DNA of 64,000 bases from Phormidesmis sp. (GTDB lineage Bacteria; Cyanobacteriota; Cyanobacteriia; Leptolyngbyales; Leptolyngbyaceae): NCBI GenBank assembly GCA_965248535.1, contig CBDFJR010000002.1:1888001-1952000 (forward strand), written 5' to 3'. The stretch's first letter is position 1, and every line of letters begins with the position of its first letter. Positions 49,959-61,054 of this stretch are shown here, piece after piece. A program made the translations under genes and the position numbers. The notes beneath the pieces were generated by a model. That model was not told the DNA's origin, ran no database searches, and was given only the letters and a program-made list of their open reading frames with translations.

Positions 49959-50666
49959 CTAGTAGGTTGGGCTGAGGGCCAAAGAATTATTCAACGTCAA
50001 CGACAAATCAGTTTGAGGATTCACCACCAACACATCAGCACTGCCGCGCTTTAGCAAAAATTGACCCAGTGCACCCAAACCAGCGCCGAGCAACACGTTG
50101 GTTTTAGAAATGCGACGGTTGCCCGTGATGCCCCCAATAATGGCAGCAGCCCCCGCGCCGATTCCAGCCCCGGTCAAAATTGCGCCCGTGTCGGCTCCTT
50201 TTCTGATCGTTTCTTTGCGAGTCACGACCTCAGAAGATGCGTTGATCGGCAAGCGATCGCCGTTGGTCAACACCAGCGTTTTAGCAAAAAACTGAGTCCC
50301 ACCCTGCGAAGGTCTAAGCTCCCCTTCGACCTGGCTTCCTGCCGGAATCAACAGTGAGCCAGACGAGGTGCGAATGTTTCTAGCAATCTTGAGAGTGACA
50401 CCACTGGTTTCGTTGGGGGCCACCACAATTCTCTCTTTGTCATAGGTGACAGGCAAAACTGTGCCCCTCGGAATTCTCACCTGACCCGATTGAGCCTGCT
50501 GAGTCGAAGGATATTGAGGGTACTGAGGATATTGAGGATATTGCTGCGATGGAAACAACGGAGCCGCGTTAGCATTGCCGATCGCAAAGGGCGCAAGACT
50601 GGTTGAGGTCATGCCCAATGTGAGAGCCAGGACAGTCCCCGTTTGCCATTTTCTGAATTTCAACAT
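49959..50666 (-). CDS. Secreted envelope protein with glycine-zipper segment and QYP repeat
   Basis: Signal peptide, (QYP)4, IPAGSQVEG, GAGIGAGAAAIIG. Confidence 0.75.
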   Translation of the reverse strand: MLKFRKWQTGTVLALTLGMTSTSLAPFAIGNANAAPLFPSQQYPQYPQYPQYPSTQQAQSGQVRIPRGTVLPVTYDKERIVVAPNETSGVTLKIARNIRTSSGSLLIPAGSQVEGELRPSQGGTQFFAKTLVLTNGDRLPINASSEVVTRKETIRKGADTGAILTGAGIGAGAAAIIGGITGNRRISKTNVLLGAGLGALGQFLLKRGSADVLVVNPQTDLSLTLNNSLALSPTY

Positions 50667-50940
50667 TTGCAGATCCTTAATAGTCTTTTGATAGCGATGG
50701 TTTCAATGACCGAAGGAAGTTTAGCAAGGTTCCTAGGGAGGGAAAAATCACCCCCAGGGCATATAACGCCGATTTCTGGCTCCCAGATTGATGATAAAAA
50801 CGGCCCGATCGCACCCCCAGTTTTAAGAGTTTTTAGAAAAACCGTTACGGACTAACCCTTCGAGCGCGTACACTACAAGAAGTGCGAGTGTACTTCGGTG
50901 CATTTGTACTCCATTCATCCGATCGGGTGACCCGCTCTTC

Positions 50941-53900
50941 ATGATTCCTCAGCAACTCACACTCAAGAATTTTTTGAGTTATCGTGCCGCCACCCTAGAC
51001 TTTCGGGGGTTGCACACTGCCTGCGTGTGTGGGTCTAACGGGGCAGGCAAATCGTCGCTGCTAGAGGCGATCGGCTGGGCAATTTGGGGCGAGAGTCGAG
51101 CCGCGATCGAAGACGATGTGATCCACGTCGGTGAAGCCGAAGCGCGAGTTGAGTTTGTGTTTAATATCCACCAACAAACCTACCGCGTGATTAGAACTCG
51201 ACAGCGCGGAAACGGCGTGGCCCTAGAGTTTCAAATTGCCCACGGCTCAGTCAACCCTCCCGGTTCTGACGAGTTGCCCTCCTATCGATCGCTGACCGAA
51301 AAAGGCATTCGAGCCACTCAAAATTTAGTGTTAGAACACTTGAAGCTCGACTACGATACCTTCGTCAACTCAGCCTATCTGCGGCAGGGTCGCGCCGACG
51401 AGTTTATGCTCAAACGGCCGGGCGATCGTAAACAAATTCTCGCTGATCTGCTAAAACTCCAGCGCTACGACGAGCTATCAGAGCAAGCCAAAGACAAATC
51501 ACGCCAGTTTAAAGGGCAGATAGAACTGCTCGAACGAAATTTAGCATCCATTCAGCAACAGTTGCAGCAAACCGACGCGATCGCCCAAGAGCGCACCCAG
51601 CTAGAAGCCACGCTCACGCAAATGCAGCAGCAGCAAACCGCCTATAGTGAGCAGTTGCAAAACCTTTTAGCCAGACAGCAACACCGACAAACTGCAAAAC
51701 AGCAACTCACCTGGCAACAACAGCAGCAACGCACCCTCAATCAAGACTGTCAACGCCTGCAAAAAGAACTCACTCAGATCGATCATCAACGACAAACACT
51801 GTTGGAATTGCTGCAACAAGAACGCACGATCGCAGCAGGCTATCAGCAATGGCAAACTCTGCAACAGCAAGAAGATGGCTTTGCAACAAAATTTCAGGCT
51901 CACCAAGTGGCGCAAACCACACGCCAACACTATCAGCAGCAGCAAACCACCAAACTCAACAGTCTGCAAAATCAGCTACAAAATCTGCAAGCGCAAGGGG
52001 TCGCCCTAGAGCAGCAGTTTCAAGACCTTCAGCACACCCTCAGCAAAGCCGCCGACATCGCAGCCGGAGTCGAGCAACTTCGCCAAGCCCGGCTGCAACT
52101 GACGCATTTAGATCAACTGCAAATGCAGGTGGCTCCTCTGCTTCAGCGCCGTCAACACTTGCAGAGCGACCTCGATCGCGCCTCTACCCGCCTCACCACC
52201 CGCCTCGAAGAATTGAAAGCCTCTGCCCATCAGCTTCAGACCCAACAGCAGCGTCAGCCCAAACTCCAGCGCGCTGCTGTCGAGGTCGCCACTCACATTG
52301 AAGCGTTAGAAAAACTCAAACGCTATCAAGAACAAGTGCGCGAAAAAGGACTAGAGCGCCGCAGCTTTATGGATCGGCTGCAAGCCCACCAGCGCGATCA
52401 CGAAGCCCATCTAGCCGAACTCGATCACAAACTGCGGATGCTCAAACAAGACACCCTGAGCACCTCAGAGCTTGCGACTCTAAACCGGGAGTTGACCGCC
52501 GATCGCGTCCTCAATGATTCCTTGCTTCACGCCGCTGAGTCTTCATCGTCTGCCCCGGCCGTCGCGACGCTAACACAACCCTTGAGCCTTGGTCTTCAAG
52601 ACTCTTCCTATCCGCCTTGCCCGTTGTGCGATCGCCCCCTTGACGAACCTCACTGGCACCTCGTCTTGCAAAAACACGAGCAGCAGCGCCAAGACGTGCT
52701 CGATCAAATTTGGGTGATTCGAGAGCAGCTAGCGGTGTCTGAGCGAGAAATTCAAGTTCTGCGCCGAGAATATGCCGAGTTGGATGCTAAACTCGCCCAA
52801 CTGGGTTCAGCCCTTGAGCGACGCGGACAACTGCAAGAACAGCTTCAAACCACCGCCGACGTGCAAAAAAGCTTAGAGCAACTCACGGCTGAAGCGTCTC
52901 AACTCGAACAAAAACTGCACGATCGCGCCTATGCCACTGACCTTCAAGAAGAATTGACCCTGCTCGATCGCAGCCTGCAACACCTCAACTACGACGAAAA
53001 AGACCACGCCCTAGCTCGCGGAGCCGTCGATCGCTGGCGCTGGGCAGAAATCAAACTCGCCGACATCAAACAAGCCCAGCGCCGACAGACTCAAATCACG
53101 GCCCGGCAGCCAGAGCTAGCGGCCCAAATGACCCAGCTAGACCAGCAAATCGAGCGGCTGCAAGCCGACACCGCCGCCGGGTTTGGGCAGAGCGATCGCC
53201 AAATCGCCGCCATCGGCTATGACTTAGCGCAACACAACGCCCTGCGAGTCGCCCTTAGGCAGGCCCAGCCCTGGCAGTTGCGGTTTCAAGAACTGAGGCA
53301 GGCCCAGCAGCAGTTTCCTCAGGTGCAGCAGCGGCTGCAAGACTTGGCGCAAACGCTCCAGACGCGGCTAAACGAGTTGCAAACCGTGAGTCTCCACACT
53401 CAAGAACTGGTCAGTTATCTAGAGCAAACCCCGGACTTCACCGATCAAATTCAGGCGATCGAACAAGAACTGCAACGCCAACGCCAACAGCTAGATGAAC
53501 AGCTTGCCCGTCTGGGTCGGCTTCAGCAGCAGCAACAGCAGCAAGATGCCCTCAGACTTCAAGACGGTGAACTCAGAACTCAGTTAACTCTGGCCCGTCA
53601 GCAAGGGCGAGTCTATCAAGAACTGGCTTTGGCTTTTGGCAAAAATGGCATTCAGGCCCTCTTGATCGAAAACGTGCTGCCGCAGCTAGAAGCGACCACT
53701 AACCAGATTTTGTCTCGGCTCAGTGCCAATCAACTGCACGTTCAATTTGTGACTCAGCGCAGCGCCCGCAGTGCTAAATCGTCGAGCAAATCGGCCCGAG
53801 GCATCACCCAAAATTCCAAGTCGATCGAGACCCTCGACATTCTGATCGCCGATGCTCACGGCACGCGCCCTTATGAAACCTATTCTGGCGGCGAGGCCTT

Positions 53901-54168
53901 TCGGGTTAATTTTGCGATTCGGCTGGCGTTAGCTCGATTGTTGTCGCACCGATCGGGCACTGCTCTGCAAATGCTGATCGTCGATGAAGGGTTTGGCACC
54001 CAAGATCAAGAAGGCTGCGATCGCTTGATTGCGGCCATTAACGCGATCGCGCCTGATTTTTCCTGCATTCTCACCGTGACCCATATGCCCTATTTTCGCG
54101 AGGCGTTTCAAGCCCGCATTGAGGTCACCAAAACGTCAGAAGGCTCACAGATTATGCTCTGTCTCTAG
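50941..54168 (+). CDS. sbcC: SbcC/Rad50-like SMC ATPase
   Basis: GSNGAGKSS, coiled coil, CPLC zinc hook, YSGGE, VDEGFG. Confidence 0.92.
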   Translation: MIPQQLTLKNFLSYRAATLDFRGLHTACVCGSNGAGKSSLLEAIGWAIWGESRAAIEDDVIHVGEAEARVEFVFNIHQQTYRVIRTRQRGNGVALEFQIAHGSVNPPGSDELPSYRSLTEKGIRATQNLVLEHLKLDYDTFVNSAYLRQGRADEFMLKRPGDRKQILADLLKLQRYDELSEQAKDKSRQFKGQIELLERNLASIQQQLQQTDAIAQERTQLEATLTQMQQQQTAYSEQLQNLLARQQHRQTAKQQLTWQQQQQRTLNQDCQRLQKELTQIDHQRQTLLELLQQERTIAAGYQQWQTLQQQEDGFATKFQAHQVAQTTRQHYQQQQTTKLNSLQNQLQNLQAQGVALEQQFQDLQHTLSKAADIAAGVEQLRQARLQLTHLDQLQMQVAPLLQRRQHLQSDLDRASTRLTTRLEELKASAHQLQTQQQRQPKLQRAAVEVATHIEALEKLKRYQEQVREKGLERRSFMDRLQAHQRDHEAHLAELDHKLRMLKQDTLSTSELATLNRELTADRVLNDSLLHAAESSSSAPAVATLTQPLSLGLQDSSYPPCPLCDRPLDEPHWHLVLQKHEQQRQDVLDQIWVIREQLAVSEREIQVLRREYAELDAKLAQLGSALERRGQLQEQLQTTADVQKSLEQLTAEASQLEQKLHDRAYATDLQEELTLLDRSLQHLNYDEKDHALARGAVDRWRWAEIKLADIKQAQRRQTQITARQPELAAQMTQLDQQIERLQADTAAGFGQSDRQIAAIGYDLAQHNALRVALRQAQPWQLRFQELRQAQQQFPQVQQRLQDLAQTLQTRLNELQTVSLHTQELVSYLEQTPDFTDQIQAIEQELQRQRQQLDEQLARLGRLQQQQQQQDALRLQDGELRTQLTLARQQGRVYQELALAFGKNGIQALLIENVLPQLEATTNQILSRLSANQLHVQFVTQRSARSAKSSSKSARGITQNSKSIETLDILIADAHGTRPYETYSGGEAFRVNFAIRLALARLLSHRSGTALQMLIVDEGFGTQDQEGCDRLIAAINAIAPDFSCILTVTHMPYFREAFQARIEVTKTSEGSQIMLCL

Positions 54169-54304
54169 CAAAATCTGTCAAGTGTTCTTCCCGAAACCGA
54201 GGACGATCGGATTTGCCTAAAAAAAGACAACCCCAAATCGGAGTTGCCTAGTTAAGTCTGGAAAGGTGAATATAAAGAGTTACTCCTAAGGAATCATTGG
54301 AAAA

Positions 54305-54670
<366 letters not shown>

Positions 54671-54726
54671 TTAGTCTATCAATCTCTCAGCATGACTCTT
54701 CTATCACCGTTAGCTAGCAGCGATTT

Positions 54727-54740
54727 GTAACGACGACTAC
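54727..54740. promoter_or_regulatory. NtcA box upstream of glnB
   Basis: GTA-ACGACGAC-TAC (GTA-N8-TAC). Confidence 0.7.
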
Positions 54741-54910
54741 CCTTTTAGATTGAAGTCATGCTTTTTTGCGTAGTTATAGTCTAGAGTCTCCCACGATCGC
54801 ACCCCGATTTTTTTGACGAACTGTTGCACACCTGGCGAGACTAGCGATCGTTTTATCAAGATTTGTGGCAACGTGTAACGTGTTCTCAGACTGGACGATT
54901 TCAGATCTGT

Positions 54911-55501
54911 CTATTTATTGCCAGAGGGCAAAAGCGGGCGCACAATCAAAAAGCCAGTGCCAAAAGCTGTAATCACGATCGTGACAATAATTAGCCCCAA
55001 CAGCCACCCACTCAACTCAGCCGGGCGCTTGTCAGACTGCATCTTGCGACGAGGCTGACTCTCATGCTCAAAAACCAACTCATCTGACAAAAGGGCAGAC
55101 TCGTTAGACTCTACTCCATAAGGCTTGGGCAGAGGCGGTGCAGGCGGACGCGACCCCGCAGAAGCCTTAAATCTAGCCTCTAGGTCGGGCATCACATCCC
55201 CAAGAGCGATTTGCGGCAGATCCATATTTACAGGCGGCAAACTGCTGACCACTTGACGAAGATGCAGAGTCGTCAAGGCAGCTTTTTCGACCTCTTGGCG
55301 CAGATAATTATTTTGCTTGGCTAACTGCTGGTTTTGCGCTTTGAGCGCCTCGACGGTTGACTTAGAAGCCTGAAGTTCTGCGGTCACCTCGCGATAGAGA
55401 GAAATGGGCACAGACGGAGAATAGGAACTGGCAGACGAGGCTGGTTGCCCAGATGCTTTAGCAGTCCGCGCAGAGGGTTGAGGGTTCACATTAGAAGTCA
55501 T
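54911..55501 (-). CDS. Coiled-coil protein with C-terminal TM anchor
   Basis: YSPSVPISLYREV, heptad region, TAFGTGFLIVRPLL. Confidence 0.75.
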   Translation of the reverse strand: MTSNVNPQPSARTAKASGQPASSASSYSPSVPISLYREVTAELQASKSTVEALKAQNQQLAKQNNYLRQEVEKAALTTLHLRQVVSSLPPVNMDLPQIALGDVMPDLEARFKASAGSRPPAPPLPKPYGVESNESALLSDELVFEHESQPRRKMQSDKRPAELSGWLLGLIIVTIVITAFGTGFLIVRPLLPSGNK

Positions 55502-55825
55502 AAATTTGCATCACCACAGTCAAACAGTCAGCAGAGTCTGAAAACTATGCCACAGAATAGCTGTAATTTAGGCAATTGCGGCAAAAATAGTCAAAAAATT
55601 TGGCAAAAATCGCCAGGGTAGCGGCGAAATTCTCTCAATCGGTCAAAAGATGGCTCAGAAAGTCTCAAATCCATCCAAAACAAGGGCAAGAGACCCTAGT
55701 GTACTGTGCCTTTTCGGTAGAGGCACGACATCGCCTATCCCACCCAAACTCGCCCACAAGATTGCTATGATCGATCGGTTTTAGAATAGTGACTATCTAC
55801 TGAATTTTATGATCTGCCAATCCCC

Positions 55826-56239
55826 ATGACTCAACCTCACTCTCAAGAAACGCTGTCGGCTCCAGAAGTCAAATATGGCGAACGCATTATCGAAGAAGGT
55901 GGGCTGATCACCTTTCCCAATCCGCGACCGGGGCGGCGCTATACGATCGCCATCACGTTGCCAGAATTTACCTGCAAATGTCCGTTTTCTGGCTACCCCG
56001 ACTTTGGGACTATTTACGTCACCTATATGCCTGATCAGCGAGTGGTCGAGCTAAAAGCCATCAAGCTTTATATCAATAGTTACCGCGATCGCTACATCTC
56101 TCACGAAGAGTCTGCCAACCAAATTTTGGATGATCTGGTCGCCGCTTGCGATCCGTTAGAAATCAACGTCAGAGCCGACTATACGCCCCGTGGCAACGTG
56201 CACACCGTCGTTGAGGTCAACCACAAAAAAGGCGAATAG
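55826..56239 (+). CDS. queF: preQ1 synthase (7-cyano-7-deazaguanine reductase)
   Basis: PEFTCKCPFSGYPDF, VELKAIKLY, SHEE, PRGN. Confidence 0.95.
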   Translation: MTQPHSQETLSAPEVKYGERIIEEGGLITFPNPRPGRRYTIAITLPEFTCKCPFSGYPDFGTIYVTYMPDQRVVELKAIKLYINSYRDRYISHEESANQILDDLVAACDPLEINVRADYTPRGNVHTVVEVNHKKGE

Positions 56240-56241
56240 GC

Positions 56242-56622
56242 TCATCTCGTCCATCGGCGGAGCGCCTTCACCCAAGCCCAGCCTAAAAAGCTGCCCACAA
56301 AATAAGGGGGAAAGTCTGACCAACTAAAGGTGTTGCCCAAGACCAATCTCCCTGGTAGGGTGGCGCGAATGGCTTGCAGCAATGGCGGCTTCCAGAGTTG
56401 AAGGAACTCGATCGCGCAGGATGCGAGACAAACGGCGATCGCTACTCGCATCACAGACGCTTTGGGAAAGCAGCCCATCACCAGCAAAATCCAAAAAATC
56501 TGGTAGGCGAGACTGCCGCCAATGTCATGCAGCCATTCCGCCCCAAACTGGGAAAACCTCACCCAATAGCCGATGGGAATAAGCACGATCGCGCACATGA
56601 AAAGAGCAACTCGATCAGACAT
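56242..56622 (-). CDS. DUF2809-type membrane protein
   Basis: IEFLQL, GRLVLGNTFSWSD. Confidence 0.8.
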   Translation of the reverse strand: MSDRVALFMCAIVLIPIGYWVRFSQFGAEWLHDIGGSLAYQIFWILLVMGCFPKASVMRVAIAVCLASCAIEFLQLWKPPLLQAIRATLPGRLVLGNTFSWSDFPPYFVGSFLGWAWVKALRRWTR

Positions 56623-56704
56623 AATCAGTCCATAAAGGTTGAGATCTATTCAAACTGGTGTCATTAAGGGGGTAGAAACCAGCGCTATTCGCGGCTTAAG
56701 ATCA

Positions 56705-58108
56705 TCAAACTCCGGCCAGTTGAGTGCTTGTTTCTAAAGCATTTTCTTGTCGATCGCTAATCTGATCCAACATTTCTAAAAACTCGCGCTCAAAGGTAAC
56801 TTGAGCACGGTTGGTGTTGCCACCAATATAAAACTTGCCGTCTTTTTGCAACGCCCAAATCTGGGAATGAGACACATAGCTCATCATCGTGCTGATCATC
56901 AGCAAGCCAAAGCCTAGATACACGATCGGGATGCCCGGATCGGCTTTGATTTGTAGACCTGTGCTGCCGATGATGTCGGCGATCGCCAACGTCACGCCTT
57001 TGACTTGCACCGACATTCCTTTACGGACGGTTGAGATCAGCTTGCCATCGGTGTCATAGATCAGCAGCAGCCCCTGTAAGTCTCTCGCAATTAGAGACAC
57101 GCCATCACTCAAGTCAGGCTTAAGCGGCACCCAAGTGCCCCAAACTCGACTGCCGATCGTCTCTAGCTTCGCCATCGGAAACTGCAAAACTGGACTTTTG
57201 TTGAGTTTGACTTGCACCGCCGCGATCGACCAATCTGCCTGATAGAGGGTCACGCCGTTGTGTTTGAGCGGTTCATTAACGTGAATGGTTTTGCGATCGA
57301 CCTCTTTGCCGTCGTTGTCTAAAACGGAGAGATCGGAGTAAAACTGATCAATCTCACCCGTGGGCAAATAATCAATCCAAAACCGATTGACTTTGACAGC
57401 CCAATCTTTGGGAAATTGAGGCTCTGCCCACGGCCCCGCGTCAATGATGTTTTTGATCAGAAATGTTGACCCACTCGGAGCCGATTCTTGAGCCATAAAG
57501 CCTGTCATTGCCCCCACAACACCGCCGATCAAAATCAGCATCATGCTGACGTGAACGACGATCGGGCCAATTCTCCCAATAATGCCTTTGCGGGCGTAGA
57601 TCGTTTCACCACTGCGAAACACGCGATAGCGACGTTTTTCTAATAGAGAAACAGCTTCTTCTAAGGAGGCAGACTCAAACTCAGCGCTCAAGGCAAACTT
57701 TTGAAACTGGCGCGGCTGGGTATAAAACTTGCTGGTGTTGCGCGTAAACCACCGCAGCGCGGGCAACTGGCGTACAAAGGTGCAGGCGGTCAGGCTAGAG
57801 CCAAAGAGAATCAGCAGCGCCAGATACCACCAGGTGCGGTAGACGTGATCAAACCCAGCCGTTAGCAACACCTTCCAGGTGAGAAAGCCAAACAGGGCAG
57901 GGTGTTCGGGATAGTTGGTTTGATAAAACGAGAGGGATTGCCCCTGCTCGATCACGGTGCCTGAAATGCTAAAGATAGCGATCGCTAATAGCAGCACGAT
58001 CGCCAGTCGCAAATCTGCCAGCAGCGGCAGCAGTTCTTTTTTGAAATAGCGTTTAGGAGCCGATCCCCAATCGGATAGCTGCATCAGAAACGAACGATCT
58101 GTCGTCAT
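56705..58108 (-). CDS. ccsB: Cytochrome c biogenesis protein CcsB/Ccs1
   Basis: [36 protein letters not shown]. Confidence 0.93.
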   Translation of the reverse strand: MTTDRSFLMQLSDWGSAPKRYFKKELLPLLADLRLAIVLLLAIAIFSISGTVIEQGQSLSFYQTNYPEHPALFGFLTWKVLLTAGFDHVYRTWWYLALLILFGSSLTACTFVRQLPALRWFTRNTSKFYTQPRQFQKFALSAEFESASLEEAVSLLEKRRYRVFRSGETIYARKGIIGRIGPIVVHVSMMLILIGGVVGAMTGFMAQESAPSGSTFLIKNIIDAGPWAEPQFPKDWAVKVNRFWIDYLPTGEIDQFYSDLSVLDNDGKEVDRKTIHVNEPLKHNGVTLYQADWSIAAVQVKLNKSPVLQFPMAKLETIGSRVWGTWVPLKPDLSDGVSLIARDLQGLLLIYDTDGKLISTVRKGMSVQVKGVTLAIADIIGSTGLQIKADPGIPIVYLGFGLLMISTMMSYVSHSQIWALQKDGKFYIGGNTNRAQVTFEREFLEMLDQISDRQENALETSTQLAGV

Positions 58109-58110
58109 GT

Positions 58111-58857
58111 TTAATTAAAAAAGTTAATTCTAGAAAGCAGCGAAAACACACCAAACCCAACCAACAAACTGCCACTGACAGGATTAATCCAACCTGACCA
58201 GCGCCGCAACTCTAATAGTTTTTTAATCGATGCGGTAAACGTGCCCGCTAACACAAGCGGAGCCACATAGCCAGCGGTGTAGCACAGCAGCAGCGTGCCG
58301 CCCACAAAGGGATCTTGAGTGGTCGAGATCCAGGTCAATAGCGTCGCCAAAACGGGCGTGCTGCACGGAGAGGCGACCAATCCAAAGGTTAGCCCGATCA
58401 GATAAGACCGCACCCCCGCAGGCAGGTCTGGCGAGATCCACTCAGTGCCACCCCAAGATGGCAACCGCAAGGGTAATGCTTCTAAAAGGTTTAGCCCCAT
58501 GATGATCGCTACAAGACTGACCACGATCGGGAGTCCGATCCCAATCTGCCCATAGACTTGACCGACGACGGTGGCAAAAATTCCTAGCCCGGCCAGGGTG
58601 GTGGCCAGCCCTAACGAAAACCAGAGAGATTGCGCCGCCGCCTGCATTCGGCTTTGGGTCTCATAGCCGCCGATATACCCGATCGTGATCGGCAACATTG
58701 ATAACGTGCAGGGAGTCAAACTCGTGAGCAACCCGGCGGCAAAAATCACGCCGACGCTGATTAGAGACAAATGAGTTAACTGATTAGAGACTAGATGATT
58801 GGCAAACTGCTCTAGCTCGTACAGACGGGTTTGAAAGGCTTCTAGCATAGGGTTCAA
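58111..58857 (-). CDS. ccdA: Cytochrome c biogenesis protein CcdA
   Basis: [13 protein letters not shown] and [11 protein letters not shown]ys motifs. Confidence 0.93.
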   Translation of the reverse strand: MNPMLEAFQTRLYELEQFANHLVSNQLTHLSLISVGVIFAAGLLTSLTPCTLSMLPITIGYIGGYETQSRMQAAAQSLWFSLGLATTLAGLGIFATVVGQVYGQIGIGLPIVVSLVAIIMGLNLLEALPLRLPSWGGTEWISPDLPAGVRSYLIGLTFGLVASPCSTPVLATLLTWISTTQDPFVGGTLLLCYTAGYVAPLVLAGTFTASIKKLLELRRWSGWINPVSGSLLVGFGVFSLLSRINFFN

Positions 58858-58973
58858 GGATCGGGGGCAATTCTTTCGACTTGACCACTCCGAATTTAGA
58901 GTGAGGGCGTTAACTCAATGATTACGCTGCTTTAAGCGCCACTCATATTCTACTGATCTTCTGACCACTCAAA

Positions 58974-60263
58974 TTAAGGAGCGTTGCGAGGTCTAAATCG
59001 TCTCGGCTCTGAAGGCGCTTTAGTCTGCGGCTCTGAGGCGGGCTTACGTCGCCATCGTCCTTTTGCAGGGTGGGGAGTCAGTTTAGAAGGCGAGACGGGT
59101 TTGGCGGCTCGTCGCTCTGGCAAAGAGACGACTTCTGCTTCGCTGCTTTCTCGCGCCACTCGAATTAATAATGCTGTCGAGATTAGGCTAGAAATCATAG
59201 AACTGCCGCCATAGCTAAAGAAGGGGAAGGGCAACCCAGTGGTGGGTAGTGCTCCGGTGGCGACGGCGATATTCAATAGCGACTGACCGACCATAAGCAC
59301 CATGATGCCGATCGCCACTAATCGCTGCACGGTAGTTCGGGCTTTGCGGGCGATGATTAGCGCCAGGGTGCCATAGGTTAACAGCAAGATGATCAGCAGA
59401 CTGCTGCCGACCAAGCCGAATTCTTCGGCAAAAATGGCAAAAATAAAGTCGGTGTATTGAATGGGTAAGTAGCCCATTTTTTGCTGCGAGAGTCCGAACC
59501 CGGTGCCAAAGGTGCCGCCTGACCCGATCGCCAACAGACTTTGAATGAGTTGATAGCCATCTTGCGCCGGGTCAGCCCACGGATTCATAAATGACATGAT
59601 CCGCTTGCGCTGATATTCTCGCAGGCTGATGCTCAAAGTTGCCAACAGCAGACCGCCGCCCGCCGTGCACCAGAGATAGACGTAGGGCAGCCCGGCAGCC
59701 AGGGCGACCAGCCAGAGCGTGATCCCACAGAGGGCGGTGGTGCTAAGGTTGGGCTGAAGCAAAATGCCCACCAGCATGATGCAAAAAATGCTGACCCAGG
59801 TGATACGAGTTGCCCACGAAAGTCGCTCCCACTGCCCAAAAATGCGCGCCGATTGCAGCACCAGAAAGGGTTTGATTAACTCCGAGGGTTGCAGCAAAAA
59901 CGGGCCAAGGGCGATCCATCGGGCACCGCCCCCGATCGAGGTGCCGATCCCCGGCAATAGCGTGACGAGAATTCCGCCGAGACAGATAAGCAAGAACCAG
60001 TCAGCGATCCCCAAAACATAGCGCAAGGGCGTATGGACGAGCAGATTAAACCCGATCATGCCAATCAAGACAGCCAAAACTTGCCGCTTGATGTAGTACA
60101 AACCGTCGCCAAAATCGGCATCCCCCACTGGGTAAGAGGCTGAAAACATCACCGCCAGCCCCACAAACAGCCAAAGAAACGTCAGCCATCGCAAAATGCG
60201 GGCTTCTGCTGCCCAATCTTGAGCCGTCGTATCAAAAAAAGGAATTAGTTGGCGCAACTTCAC
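58974..60263 (-). CDS. ftsW: SEDS family protein FtsW
   Basis: GGARWI, QPSELIKP, QPNLST, TDFIF..FAEEFG, PFFSYGGSS. Confidence 0.88.
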   Translation of the reverse strand: MKLRQLIPFFDTTAQDWAAEARILRWLTFLWLFVGLAVMFSASYPVGDADFGDGLYYIKRQVLAVLIGMIGFNLLVHTPLRYVLGIADWFLLICLGGILVTLLPGIGTSIGGGARWIALGPFLLQPSELIKPFLVLQSARIFGQWERLSWATRITWVSIFCIMLVGILLQPNLSTTALCGITLWLVALAAGLPYVYLWCTAGGGLLLATLSISLREYQRKRIMSFMNPWADPAQDGYQLIQSLLAIGSGGTFGTGFGLSQQKMGYLPIQYTDFIFAIFAEEFGLVGSSLLIILLLTYGTLALIIARKARTTVQRLVAIGIMVLMVGQSLLNIAVATGALPTTGLPFPFFSYGGSSMISSLISTALLIRVARESSEAEVVSLPERRAAKPVSPSKLTPHPAKGRWRRKPASEPQTKAPSEPRRFRPRNAP

Positions 60264-60393
60264 AGCGATCGCTCTCCATCACGGGCGGCACCCCTTAGGG
60301 GAAGGTGTCAGATTACAGGGGTTAATGACCATTGGCATCCGAGTTAACCCTGAGTTAAAAAATTGACCCTGATTAATCGATACGTTAAGTAGA

Positions 60394-60997
60394 TTATTGA
60401 TTTCTAATTTGGGCTTCTAATAGGTCTATGTCGTCTCTGAGAAATAGCGTTAGTCGCCCTGAGTAGGCGCGACCTTCAGGCGTTTGGGCGATTTCTAACC
60501 AATATCCATAGCGACTTCCGCGCCGCAGTTCTCCTTGCAGAGAGGCGATTAAGGGATTATTCTGAGCGATCGCTTGCTGAACGGTGACTTCACTGGGGTA
60601 GCTGTAAACCACCTGGGCCCGATCGAAATCCTGAGAGATTTCTGAACCATAAATGGCTCTGAGAGATTCTTTGAGACGCTCTTGGCTCACGCCGTTTTGC
60701 ATATCAAACAACATCAGCCGCTCACTGCGAATGATGCCCGCGTTGGGCGATCGCTTGAGTCCGTCCTGGCGGCAGCAGCGACGCTTCAAAGGTAAATCGT
60801 TGAGCCGCCGTACTGCTCTTAGTGACCAAAAACTTTTCGCCACGGCTAGGGCGCAGCGTTGAGTTTGCTTGCATCCAGGCTGCCACTTCTTTAGTGGTTT
60901 GACCGGGTAGTGCTCTGGCGGGGTTGGCTCCTGAGATCAGCAGCAGTCCAAATCCCCCAAGTCTCAATAATTTTGAGCCAAATCGAATCCTGTTCAT
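60394..60997 (-). pseudogene. Secreted hypothetical protein frameshifted near 60745 (possibly a sequencing error)
   Basis: The 91-aa and 149-aa ORFs join at a C-run (GCGATCGCCCAAC on the minus strand); signal peptide followed by ALPGQT. Confidence 0.7.
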
Positions 60998-61054
60998 AAA
61001 AAAGTCCGATCTAAACCAATGTCTTTTGGATGGCCGCCGTTCGATCTTGCTTCT

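Noticed and set aside
51667..52301. Overlapping ORFs and CAG-rich runs inside sbcC
   Set aside because: Explained by Gln-rich coiled-coil coding.
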